Origin: an uncultured Haloferula sp.
GTDB taxonomy: Bacteria > Verrucomicrobiota > Verrucomicrobiia > Verrucomicrobiales > Akkermansiaceae
DNA length: 64,000 nt
Assembly (NCBI GenBank): GCA_965652295.1
Contig: CBFGTS010000003.1
Coordinates: forward strand, 160,001-224,000
Direction of reading: 5' to 3'
Positions 26,469-34,874 of this stretch are shown here, in pieces. Numbering within the stretch: position 1 is the first letter of the stretch; every line of letters starts with the position of its first letter. Under the pieces are notes generated by a model. The model saw nothing but the letters and a program-made list of their open reading frames with translations, was not told where the DNA came from and searched no databases. The position numbers were made by a program, and so were the translations under genes.

Positions 26469-27998
26469 ATGAACCACACCCCCATCACCACCTACCTCCG
26501 CGCCGGCTACCCCGGCCTCATCCTGGTGACGTCCGAGGAGGCGCGCGCCGAGGCCGAAGTCGCCTCGGTCTGTGTCGAGCTCGACCGTCACCTCCATGCC
26601 TGGTCGTCAACCGACGGCCTCGTTGACATCGGAGCGTCCCACGCCACTCCTTGTGCTGATCCGCTGGAAGCCCTCCAACTTGTCGAGGATCTCTTCTCAG
26701 CGCGGGACACCCGACATGTCGTGCTGATGCGCGACCTTCAGCCCTATTTCGACCAGCAGGATCCGCAGCTCGTCCGCCGGCTCAAAGACCTCCTTCGCGC
26801 CGCCAAGACCACGGGTCATGCGCTCATCCTGACCGGTTGCCGATCGAAGCTGCCACCCGAACTCGAACACGAGCTCACCCGGGTCGAGCTGGCACTGCCG
26901 GATGCCGGCCAGCTTGCTGCCGTTCTCGACGGCATCCTGGCCTCCAGCGATCATCCGATATCCGATCCCACCGCACGGGAAGCGATCCTGCAAGCCGCCC
27001 TCGGGTTGACGACGATTGAAGCGGAGAATGTCTTCGCTCTGTCGATGGTCGAAACCGGACACATCGATCCAGAAGTGGTCGCGCGCGAAAAGGCCAGCCG
27101 TCTGAAAAGCGGCGGCCTCGTCGAAGTCATCGAGGCAGGCATCGGGCTCGGCGACATCGGCGGTCTCGACGAATTGAAACGATGGCTTTCCGGGCGGCGG
27201 CGCGCCTTCGGCACGACCGCCCGAAGCTACGGCCTTCCGGCCCCGAAGGGGCTGCTCATCGTCGGCATCCCCGGCACCGGCAAGAGCCTTACCGCCAAGG
27301 CTGCTGCCAGCGCTCTCCAGCTCCCGTTGCTCCGCCTCGACATGGGGCGGGTCTTTGGCGGCATCGTCGGTCAGAGCGAGGCCAACCTGCGTACGGTCAT
27401 TCACACCACTGAGGCGATCGCCCCGTGCGTGCTGTGGATTGATGAAATCGAAAAAGGATTCGCGGGTAGCAGCAACAGCGGCAGTACCGATGGCGGCACT
27501 TCCTCCCGTGTCTTCGGCTCGTTCCTGAGCTGGATGCAGGAAAAGGAGAAGCCGGTGTTCGTGGTCGCAACCGCCAACGATGTTTCCCAGCTGCCACCGG
27601 AGTTTCTGCGCAAGGGCCGGTTCGACGAGATCTTCTTCGTGGACCTCCCGGATGCAAAAGAGCGCGCGAACATCTGGGACATCGTCATCGCCCGACATGG
27701 CAGATGTCCGACGGACTTCGATCCTGTCGTCCTGGCTGGTGCGGGAGAGTCCTTCACCGGAGCGGAAATCGAAGCCGCATTCGTGGACGCGCTTCACGAG
27801 GCCTTCGCCGAAGATCGCGAACCGACCATGGCCGACATCGGTGAAGCCATCGGCCGCATCGTCCCGCTGGCGCAGCTCATGGACGGACGGATCGCCGCGC
27901 TCCGCCACTGGGCGACGGGACGTGCTCGTGAAGCGGGCACGCGCGAGATCCAATCAACGGGGAAGCGAAGTTCGCGGCGAGTCACTCCCATGAACTAA
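26469..27998 (+). CDS. Ycf46-type AAA+ ATPase
   Basis: IGGLDELKRW; Walker A GIPGTGKS; Walker B LWIDEIEK; PPEFLRKGRFDEIFFVDLP; inactive N-terminal AAA-like domain. Confidence 0.9.
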   Translation: MNHTPITTYLRAGYPGLILVTSEEARAEAEVASVCVELDRHLHAWSSTDGLVDIGASHATPCADPLEALQLVEDLFSARDTRHVVLMRDLQPYFDQQDPQLVRRLKDLLRAAKTTGHALILTGCRSKLPPELEHELTRVELALPDAGQLAAVLDGILASSDHPISDPTAREAILQAALGLTTIEAENVFALSMVETGHIDPEVVAREKASRLKSGGLVEVIEAGIGLGDIGGLDELKRWLSGRRRAFGTTARSYGLPAPKGLLIVGIPGTGKSLTAKAAASALQLPLLRLDMGRVFGGIVGQSEANLRTVIHTTEAIAPCVLWIDEIEKGFAGSSNSGSTDGGTSSRVFGSFLSWMQEKEKPVFVVATANDVSQLPPEFLRKGRFDEIFFVDLPDAKERANIWDIVIARHGRCPTDFDPVVLAGAGESFTGAEIEAAFVDALHEAFAEDREPTMADIGEAIGRIVPLAQLMDGRIAALRHWATGRAREAGTREIQSTGKRSSRRVTPMN

Positions 27999-28408
27999 CG
28001 GACGCATGACAGCCCTCCAATACTTGTGTGGCGAAAGCCACACCCGTCCCGACGAATGGGAAGAGCAAGATGGTCCGGACTCGGGCGTGGGAGTGGATCA
28101 CTGATTCCACCATCCAGACTTGGGCCTCTGGTACGTCTGCACCGATCAGGGTGTCTTGAGCGCGTCCCCAATCGAAGAGCAGCCGTGAGTCAGCTCAGGT
28201 GCCACCCCTCCGGTTGCGCTACGACTTCCTCCACTCCCTTGAACAGCCCGCTGAACGGCTGCCCCCTTTCAGCCCACGCGTTCCGGGCACTTGCGAACCG
28301 CTCCAGTTCGCCGGGGCCACCCCCCTCCGCTTCGCGGGGGGCGGCCCACCTCCTTCCTCTCTCACTGCCGTTCTCTGGCAGCGCTCCACCCCAACAACCA
28401 ATACCCCC

Positions 28409-29461
28409 ATGATAACCACACTGCATTACCGCCAAGGTTCCTCTGACAAAGTCTACCAAGTCTCCATCGACCCGGCGGACGATGGCTTCCTCGTGAACTT
28501 CGCGTATGGACGCCGTGGAGCCACGTTCAGCACTGGCTCCAAGACTCCGGCTCCCGTTTCCCGGGAAGAGGCCCAACGCCTCCACGACCGCCTTGTCGCC
28601 TCCAAGACGGCCAAGGGTTACGTCCTCACCACCGACGGCACGCCCTACAGCGGCACCGACCACGAGAGCCGCCACATCGGGATCCAGTGCCAGCTCCTCA
28701 ACCCTGTGGAGGAATCGGAAGCCTTCGATCTGCTCCGGGATCATCGTCATGTCCTTCAGGAAAAGTTCGATGGTCGCCGGTTGCTGGTTCGCCGGCAGGA
28801 TGGCGAGGTCATCGGCATCAACCGGCGCGGCCTTCAAGTGGGCCTCCCCGAACCCATCGCCAACGCCGCGAAGGATCTGCCGCTCGATTGCCTCATCGAC
28901 GGTGAGGCCATCGGCGACACCCTCCACGCCTTCGATCTGCTCGAACTGAAAGGGATTGATTTGCGTGATCGTGGCTATCTCTACCGTTTGGCGGGGCTGT
29001 TGCGATTGCTCGATCCCGGGTCCGCCATCCGCCCGGTATCCACCGTCATCGACCCTGCCGACAAGGAGGCGACGTTCCAGACGCTCCGGATCACCGGGGC
29101 AGAAGGCGTCGTGTTCAAAGACGGGGACGCACCCTACACTCCAGGTCGCCCGGCTTCCGGCGGCACTCAGCTGAAGTTCAAATTCGTGGCGAGCGCATCG
29201 TTCATCGTCTCGGCCATCAACGCCCGCCGAAGCGTGGCCCTCGCGCTCTTCGATGAGTCCATCAAGGTCCCGGCAGGCAATGTCACGATTCCCCCCAACC
29301 ATGACCTGCCATCCGCCGGGTGCGTCGTGGAGGTCCGTTACCTGTACGCCTATCGGGAAAGCGGCCGCATCTACCAGCCGGTCTACCTCGGCCGGCGGGA
29401 CGACATCCCCGTGGAGGCATGCACCGTCACGCAGCTGAAGTTCAAACCAGTGCCCTATTGA
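28409..29461 (+). CDS. WGR domain-fused ATP-dependent DNA ligase
   Basis: SSDKVY...AYGRRG (WGR); QEKFDG, IDGE, AFDLL, EGVVFKD, QLKFK; C-terminal OB fold. Confidence 0.85.
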   Translation: MITTLHYRQGSSDKVYQVSIDPADDGFLVNFAYGRRGATFSTGSKTPAPVSREEAQRLHDRLVASKTAKGYVLTTDGTPYSGTDHESRHIGIQCQLLNPVEESEAFDLLRDHRHVLQEKFDGRRLLVRRQDGEVIGINRRGLQVGLPEPIANAAKDLPLDCLIDGEAIGDTLHAFDLLELKGIDLRDRGYLYRLAGLLRLLDPGSAIRPVSTVIDPADKEATFQTLRITGAEGVVFKDGDAPYTPGRPASGGTQLKFKFVASASFIVSAINARRSVALALFDESIKVPAGNVTIPPNHDLPSAGCVVEVRYLYAYRESGRIYQPVYLGRRDDIPVEACTVTQLKFKPVPY

Positions 29462-29529
29462 CTTTGAGCCCACGGACCAAATCGGTCCGTGGGTCCGGCC
29501 TTATCCGGGGTCCGTAGGGGCCACCCCAC

Positions 29530-29565
29530 AAAAAAAGCCCGTCCCTGCTTCCAGGAACGGGCTTT
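29530..29565 (-). terminator. Rho-independent terminator
   Basis: Minus strand AAAGCCCGTTCCTGGAAGCAGGGACGGGC-TTTTTTT just after the 29583 stop. Confidence 0.75.
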
Positions 29566-29582
29566 CGACGGTCTCGTTGCTG

Positions 29583-30308
29583 CTACGCAAGCTTCAGATC
29601 GATCAAGCTCTTGATCTTGCGATCCAGATTGATCAGCTCCCGCAAATCACACGCAGCCAGGTGGGAGTCGATACCCGAGCGGACGGCGGTCGGAGCTGGC
29701 TCCTTTCGGCGCGGCCGACGCCGGCGCCGACGCTTGCCACTCCGCTGCGGTTCCTCCACAGGCTCTACTTGATTCTTGGCGACCGGAGATTTGACTTCGG
29801 CATCGGCCGAGCCCGTGGCGACAGATCTCATCGCAGGATCTCCGCTGGCATCAGCGCCGGTGACATCACCGCTACCACGGGGATGCTCACTCTGGACCAA
29901 TTGGGTTGCCGACTCCGTTCCTACTACATTTAAGGGGGACATCGGCACCGGTCCCGGCACGTCGGCGGCGGCCTTCGGATGGAACACGCTTGCCACCGCG
30001 GAAGACTTCTTGAGCAGCTCCGCGACATCCCTCAAGCGGACCATGTAAGGAGCTTTGGCGGCCGCCTGAGTCGCAGACAGCTTGCCTCCCTTGACCCAGT
30101 TCTTCAGGGTACTGACAGCCGCAGAAAACTCCGCCGCCGCCGCCTTCAGATTTACAGGTTCGTCCGCATAGATCACGGGCTCCTCCGAAGGCTTGGTGTT
30201 TTCGGTGGTCGGACTCACCCCTGTGCCTTCGACGTGGACCGGGAGGTTTTCCGCCACTCCGTCTGCCGCTTTTTTAAGCGGATCGGCACCGCCTTTGTTT
30301 TTGTTCAT
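29583..30308 (-). CDS. MerR/excisionase-like HTH protein with low-complexity basic tail
   Basis: NLKAAAAEFSAAVSTLKNWVKGGKLSA...YMVRLRDV; KRRRRRRPRRK tail. Confidence 0.6.
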   Translation of the reverse strand: MNKNKGGADPLKKAADGVAENLPVHVEGTGVSPTTENTKPSEEPVIYADEPVNLKAAAAEFSAAVSTLKNWVKGGKLSATQAAAKAPYMVRLRDVAELLKKSSAVASVFHPKAAADVPGPVPMSPLNVVGTESATQLVQSEHPRGSGDVTGADASGDPAMRSVATGSADAEVKSPVAKNQVEPVEEPQRSGKRRRRRRPRRKEPAPTAVRSGIDSHLAACDLRELINLDRKIKSLIDLKLA

Positions 30309-30496
30309 AGCTGAAATGTGAGAGCGGGCGAAACGATTCCCGGTTTCGCCCGGTTTCCAAAGTGGTCCGGGTACCACAGAAAGTTCCCAGCCCGAGCCGG
30401 ATGCCCGAACTGGGATTGCTACGTAATGGCCCCGGCCGGAGTGGCAGGGGCGACTCAAAGACGCTTCGTCAGCTCCTCACGGAACTGACTAGGCAG

Positions 30497-30530
30497 AAAC
30501 CCGGCGGGCACGTCTCCGCGCACCGGGCTT
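30497..30530 (-). ncRNA. Group II intron domain V
   Basis: AAGCCCGGT GCGCG GAGA CGTGC CC GCCGGGTTT: AGC triad, GNRA loop, 2-nt bulge, 34 nt. Confidence 0.85.
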
Positions 30531-30546
30531 GCTGGAAGCCATCCCG

Positions 30547-32328
30547 TCAGTGAGCGGTCGACAGGTCGACCACCCCGGTGACCGGAGGGCTGTGAGACAT
30601 TGAGCAATGATTGTGGACGACGACGGACTGCCGTTGACCCTCAGGAGTGAGGGTTCGGCACGCATCCGTGAGCAGGATCGGTCCCTCACAGTACGCACAG
30701 TGCCCCTTCTGGCGCCGAAATGCGGCCGCTTCGATGTTTAGGGGAGTCGCGTAGTAGCGGCTCCGTCTGAGGCGGAGCTGCCAGTACGGCCAGTCACTAT
30801 CGTAGTAGGACTTCCCTGGCTGAACGAGGATCTGTTTGGAGATCCCGGTGTCTGCGAGTCTCTTCAGGGTGGGGCCATTCTTCACGAACGGCGACGTGAA
30901 CGCCCAGTCGCGATTCCGCGGCGTCCCGTCCTTCCGTTTCAACGGATTTCCGTTGTGGTCCAGCTCGATCCCGCTGAAGAGACGCTTCTTGATCCATCCC
31001 GCGGACTTGTCGGAGAATCGGCGCTTTGCCCACCCTCTCAACTTCGTGTGGATCTTGTGATCCATCCGGGAGAAGGTCTCCGTGGCGTTGCTGTAGCGAT
31101 AATAGTTCGCCCAACCGCTGATCATCCGATTGAGGTGGACGATCATGATCGAGATCGGGTCCTTCCTCCCCGACTTCATCCGATGTTGTCTTGCCCCCCG
31201 GCTCTTCCGGGAGAGCTTGAGCCGGTCTGCGTAGTCGGCGATGTCGCGGTAGAACCGCTTCTCGGCGGCCTTGCTAGGCCGCACGATGAGGTATGGCCTC
31301 TTGGTTCCTCCAAATTCGGTCGTCTCATGATGCTGGAGGTGGAAGCCCAGAAAGTCGAAGCCTGCGTGGGCCTCGTTCCCGGTGCGGTCCATCGTGTGGA
31401 CGATCTTGGTTTTCTGAAGGCTCAGTCTCAGCCCGAGCCCGGCCAGGTATTCGCCAATCGCCGTCGCGCTCCACTCGACAACCGCGTGGTCGGAGTGCGC
31501 TACGACCAGGTCGTCCGCGTAGATACTGATCGCCGGCTCGCCGAGCTTCGTCACCCGTCCGCGGAACTCCTTTCGGAACTCCTGGTGTAGGTGGGGCTCA
31601 AGGCTTGCCAAGGCGACGTTCGCCAGCAGAGGCGAAAGAGGTCCGCCTTGTGGCGTCCCCTTCATCGTGGGCTCAAAGGCCACCTCACTGAGCGCTCCGG
31701 CCTTGAGGATTCTCCTCAAGGAGAGCGTGATAAGAGGTAGTCGGCTTGTCCTGCGCAGCAACTCGTCGTGATCGAGATGGTCAAAGAACTTCTCGATATC
31801 CGCATCCAGAACCCATTCAGGTCCCGTTTTTCGGAAGTGACGCTGTAGATAGCCGATCGCATCATGGGTCCCCCGGCCCTTGCGGAATCCGTATTGCCTC
31901 GGCGAGAAGCGCGCTTCCCACTCGGGCTCCAGCGCCAACGCGATTAGGGCCTGATGGGCCCTGTCGATGAGATTAGGAATACCTAGGGGGCGCTTCTCCG
32001 TCTTTCCCGGCTTGGGGATGAGGAGACGCCTCACGGCGGATGGTCGGTGGCCAGCGTCGAGCTGCTCCGCCATGCGGAACCGCTGAACGGGCGTGGGACT
32101 CTCTACACCGTCGATGCCGGCGGTCTTCTTGCCTGAGCTGCTCTGGGCCACCTGCCTGACGGCAAGCAGCTTCGCTTGGAAGCTCCCGAGCAGCCGGCGC
32201 TGATACCGGTGTATTGCTTCAATGTCATCACGCAATGCCGCGTCGAAGACGTTCCGTTGCAGTTTGGTGACGTAGCGCCTGACCTCGGGCCAGTCGACAT
32301 CACCCCATCGATTGATTTCGCTTTTCAT
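30547..32328 (-). CDS. Group II intron-type reverse transcriptase/maturase
   Basis: RVT_N (WGDVDW...KLQ...GKKTAGIDG), IPKPGKTEKRPLGIP, YGFRKGR, DADIEKFFD, GTPQGGPLSPLLAN, YADD, FDFLGF, X domain GWANYY; C-terminal CAYC without a clear HNH. Confidence 0.95.
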   Translation of the reverse strand: MKSEINRWGDVDWPEVRRYVTKLQRNVFDAALRDDIEAIHRYQRRLLGSFQAKLLAVRQVAQSSSGKKTAGIDGVESPTPVQRFRMAEQLDAGHRPSAVRRLLIPKPGKTEKRPLGIPNLIDRAHQALIALALEPEWEARFSPRQYGFRKGRGTHDAIGYLQRHFRKTGPEWVLDADIEKFFDHLDHDELLRRTSRLPLITLSLRRILKAGALSEVAFEPTMKGTPQGGPLSPLLANVALASLEPHLHQEFRKEFRGRVTKLGEPAISIYADDLVVAHSDHAVVEWSATAIGEYLAGLGLRLSLQKTKIVHTMDRTGNEAHAGFDFLGFHLQHHETTEFGGTKRPYLIVRPSKAAEKRFYRDIADYADRLKLSRKSRGARQHRMKSGRKDPISIMIVHLNRMISGWANYYRYSNATETFSRMDHKIHTKLRGWAKRRFSDKSAGWIKKRLFSGIELDHNGNPLKRKDGTPRNRDWAFTSPFVKNGPTLKRLADTGISKQILVQPGKSYYDSDWPYWQLRLRRSRYYATPLNIEAAAFRRQKGHCAYCEGPILLTDACRTLTPEGQRQSVVVHNHCSMSHSPPVTGVVDLSTAH

Positions 32329-33159
32329 GGTTCTAATGATTTCGGTTCGTTCCGATGCGCTCCCGCGACCAGTTTTGCGTATCCCGGGCACTACCCCGGG
32401 CCTTTGCTTGGTGGTGCACCTGCCCGACGGCAGCATGCGGCCATGAGCCTGCTCGCCGCTTTCGCGGAGAGAGCCGGCGTCGGTGACCACGTTCCGGGAG
32501 AGCATGATTTCGCGGGGCTCGGACGAGGGCATCCCACCGAGGTCTGGCCGGTGATCCAGCGGAGAACCCGCTCCGTTGGTGCCCTTCCACCCGGCGAACC
32601 GGGGTTCTCGACCTAAGTTTACGTGTTTACGATGGCTTGTATCCCTTTCCTTGTAGTCGTCGTTGCCCCACCTGAGTGCGCCGGCTGCATTGCCGACGCG
32701 TTTCCCCCCGCTACAGCCCGCCGGCCCTTCATGGCGGTCGGCAGGTCGAGGGGGTCTTTGCATCGATCACCGCGATGGCGGGAGTTGTGCGACGGTGACC
32801 GCCACACTCACCCGCATGCTCTACCGACATCAACGTGGGGGTCGGACCCCCAGTTGTCACCCATCCCCCGCCTGTTGGCGGTTTCGGGTCATCGTGTCGC
32901 TTATGAGATTACGTGATTCTGACATTCGCAGGCATTCTGATGTCGGGCTGCCTGCGGGCCCTCTCGTCTGTCAAAGAGCTTCCGTTTCAGGATCACAACA
33001 CAGGAGGCGAGCCACCTGCACAGGAACCTGAAGAGGAGCACTGGGCGCCTCCCGGAACGGCGTAGCCTCTTCGCAACCCCCGGTCGCCCGGGTGGCCACG
33101 GCGATTGCCACCACCGATGTATGTTCCGGCCGCGGAGGACCGGGAGTGATCCCGTCCGG

Positions 33160-33441
33160 TTACCCAATGACGATGCCGAGGGCCTTGACTACCGCTGCTG
33201 GGTTGAACCTCACCGTCCGGCCCGACCGAAGGGCCGCAGGGATCTTCCCCTGGGCCTCCCACTCAAGGATGGTCCGTGAGGTGACCTGGAGCGCATCGCC
33301 AATCTGGGTCGCCGTTGAGGGAGCCGGAAGCGGCACGCCATCGCGTCCCCGGAGGACGAAGTCCCCAGAGGTGTCGGTGGTGTAGCCGTTCGGTTTCACG
33401 AGGCGGAACTGACAATGCAGTCGGCTACGCTGCAAGGCCAA
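33160..33441 (-). CDS. Excisionase-like HTH protein
   Basis: TATQIGDALQVTSRTILEWEAQGKIPAALRSGRTVRFNPAAV; start uncertain. Confidence 0.65.
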   Translation of the reverse strand: MALQRSRLHCQFRLVKPNGYTTDTSGDFVLRGRDGVPLPAPSTATQIGDALQVTSRTILEWEAQGKIPAALRSGRTVRFNPAAVVKALGIVIG

Positions 33442-33724
33442 TTTTCACGTAACCGACTCATTCAGAACAGGTTACGAAATACGATCAAACGCCTGTTTGA
33501 ACACCTAATGAACAGAATGGTCAGGAACAGCCGAGCCTGACTGAACACCTTCAAAACGGAGTACAGGTCGCCCTCCGTGGCTCATGAACAGCTTGTGAAC
33601 ACGGACTTCGCCCCAGTCCTCCCCCAAAAAAATGGCGAAAATTGTGTGCAGCGGCTTTGTAAGCTTCACCTGAAGACACGGATCACCAACGCTCCCTACC
33701 AAAAATCCTCCAGATCACCCTGAT

Positions 33725-34654
33725 ATGAACCACAACGAACCATTAGCCGAAAGACGCCTTCAGCTCGTCGACAAGGTGATCGATACACTCATCTCGAAGC
33801 ATCCTGAGTGGCGCACGAGGGCATATCGACCGAGTCATCAGGAAATGGCGGCTCTGACCGAAGACGCCGAGTTCCTTCTGAGAACAGTGGAGTCGCACTA
33901 CACCCGTTCCGTATACGCCTATCAGCTGTTCTCACCGGACGACCCGATGATGAGCGCCAGAAAAATCGCCGACCGATTCAAGGAGTTCGGCTGGGTCAAC
34001 GGAAAGAGTCACAACACCATCCGGTCGTTGATCAACACGCTCCTCGGCCATGCGGCGACGGAGGCTTCAGCACGGTCAGAGGCGTTCGCAGGATTGATCA
34101 CCGAGCGCACCACGCCTTCGGATTCGACATCCCCATACCGCCCAAAGTCGATTACCGATATTCTGGAAGAACTCGGTGGTGAGGTCGGGCAGCTACTCGA
34201 CAAACTCGGGTTCTCTGACGTCGTCACGGATTCCACCGCGCTGCGAGAGGCGGTGGTGGCATCGGTGGTGAAGTGTGTTGGGATGCAGCTTCATCATGCG
34301 AGTCCCGCCTTCAGAAATGAAGACCTCACCGCTTCTCTAGCCGCCAGTAGCTTTATGAAATACGTTTGTGGGGCGGCCACCGTGAAAGAGTTCGAAGCTC
34401 GCGACGAGAAGTCCGTTCGACCTCACGAGCTGTTTCTCTTCGCTTACCAGCAAGGGCTTTGCGAGGCCGATCTCAGCATTGACATCCGGCGACTAGCCAG
34501 CGATGCGGAGGAATCACTGGGTAGATCCACCCGAAACGCCCTCTCAATACTTGAGAGCCACGGCGGGATCGACGAAGCCATCAACGCGTGGCTAAGAAAA
34601 AATGATCCGCAAAGCTTGGAACCTTACGAAGCCAAACTCCCTTCAACCGATTAA
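33725..34654 (+). CDS. Hypothetical protein
   Basis: 309-aa ATG ORF with visibly more AT-rich codons; no family recognised. Confidence 0.65.
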   Translation: MNHNEPLAERRLQLVDKVIDTLISKHPEWRTRAYRPSHQEMAALTEDAEFLLRTVESHYTRSVYAYQLFSPDDPMMSARKIADRFKEFGWVNGKSHNTIRSLINTLLGHAATEASARSEAFAGLITERTTPSDSTSPYRPKSITDILEELGGEVGQLLDKLGFSDVVTDSTALREAVVASVVKCVGMQLHHASPAFRNEDLTASLAASSFMKYVCGAATVKEFEARDEKSVRPHELFLFAYQQGLCEADLSIDIRRLASDAEESLGRSTRNALSILESHGGIDEAINAWLRKNDPQSLEPYEAKLPSTD

Positions 34655-34768
34655 CATTCTGGAGGCCACCCGCCCTCTACGATGCCAGTTCGGATTTTAA
34701 GGGCAGTTTTCGGGCATCGCCAAATAGAACCCCCTCCGCCCTACTAGCGTAACTCTTTGATCATAAGA

Positions 34769-34853
34769 TGCCACCGGGGGGACTCGAACCCCCACGCCGG
34801 TTGCCCGGCAGCGGATTTTAAGTCCGCGGCGTCTACCATTCCGCCACGGTGGC
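34769..34853 (-). tRNA. tRNA-Leu(TAA)
   Basis: GCCACCGTGGCGGAATGGTAGACGCCGCGGACTTAAAATCCGC...GGTTCGAGTCCCCCCGGTGGCA; long variable arm; CCA not encoded. Confidence 0.95.
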
Positions 34854-34874
34854 TTTCGCAAAAATCGACCAAGC

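Larger units (their letters stand above)
30468..32902 (-). mobile_element. Group II intron-like retroelement (IIB/chloroplast-like class) with atypical ends
   Basis: RT-maturase ORF, canonical 34-nt domain V just after the stop, ~570-nt structured 5' region; boundaries approximate. Confidence 0.75.
20290..34768. mobile_element. Putative tRNA-Leu-associated genomic island / ICE remnant (left boundary uncertain)
   Basis: Abuts the tRNA 3' end; contains excisionase-like HTH, RT, nuclease, ligase, AAA ATPase and many small ORFs; no integrase or att duplication seen in the window. Confidence 0.55.

Noticed and set aside
30547..32328. RT as a DGR, retron or Abi RT
   Set aside because: Has group II RVT_N and X domains, PQGG and an adjacent domain V; no TR/VR pair with A-specific mismatches and no VTG retron motif seen
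32329..32763. 145-aa N-terminal extension of the RT in the ORF track
   Set aside because: Overlaps the structured intron-like RNA; recognisable protein starts at MKSEINRW (32328)
34769..34853. Group I intron in tRNA-Leu(UAA)
   Set aside because: Anticodon loop is contiguous; gene is 85 nt
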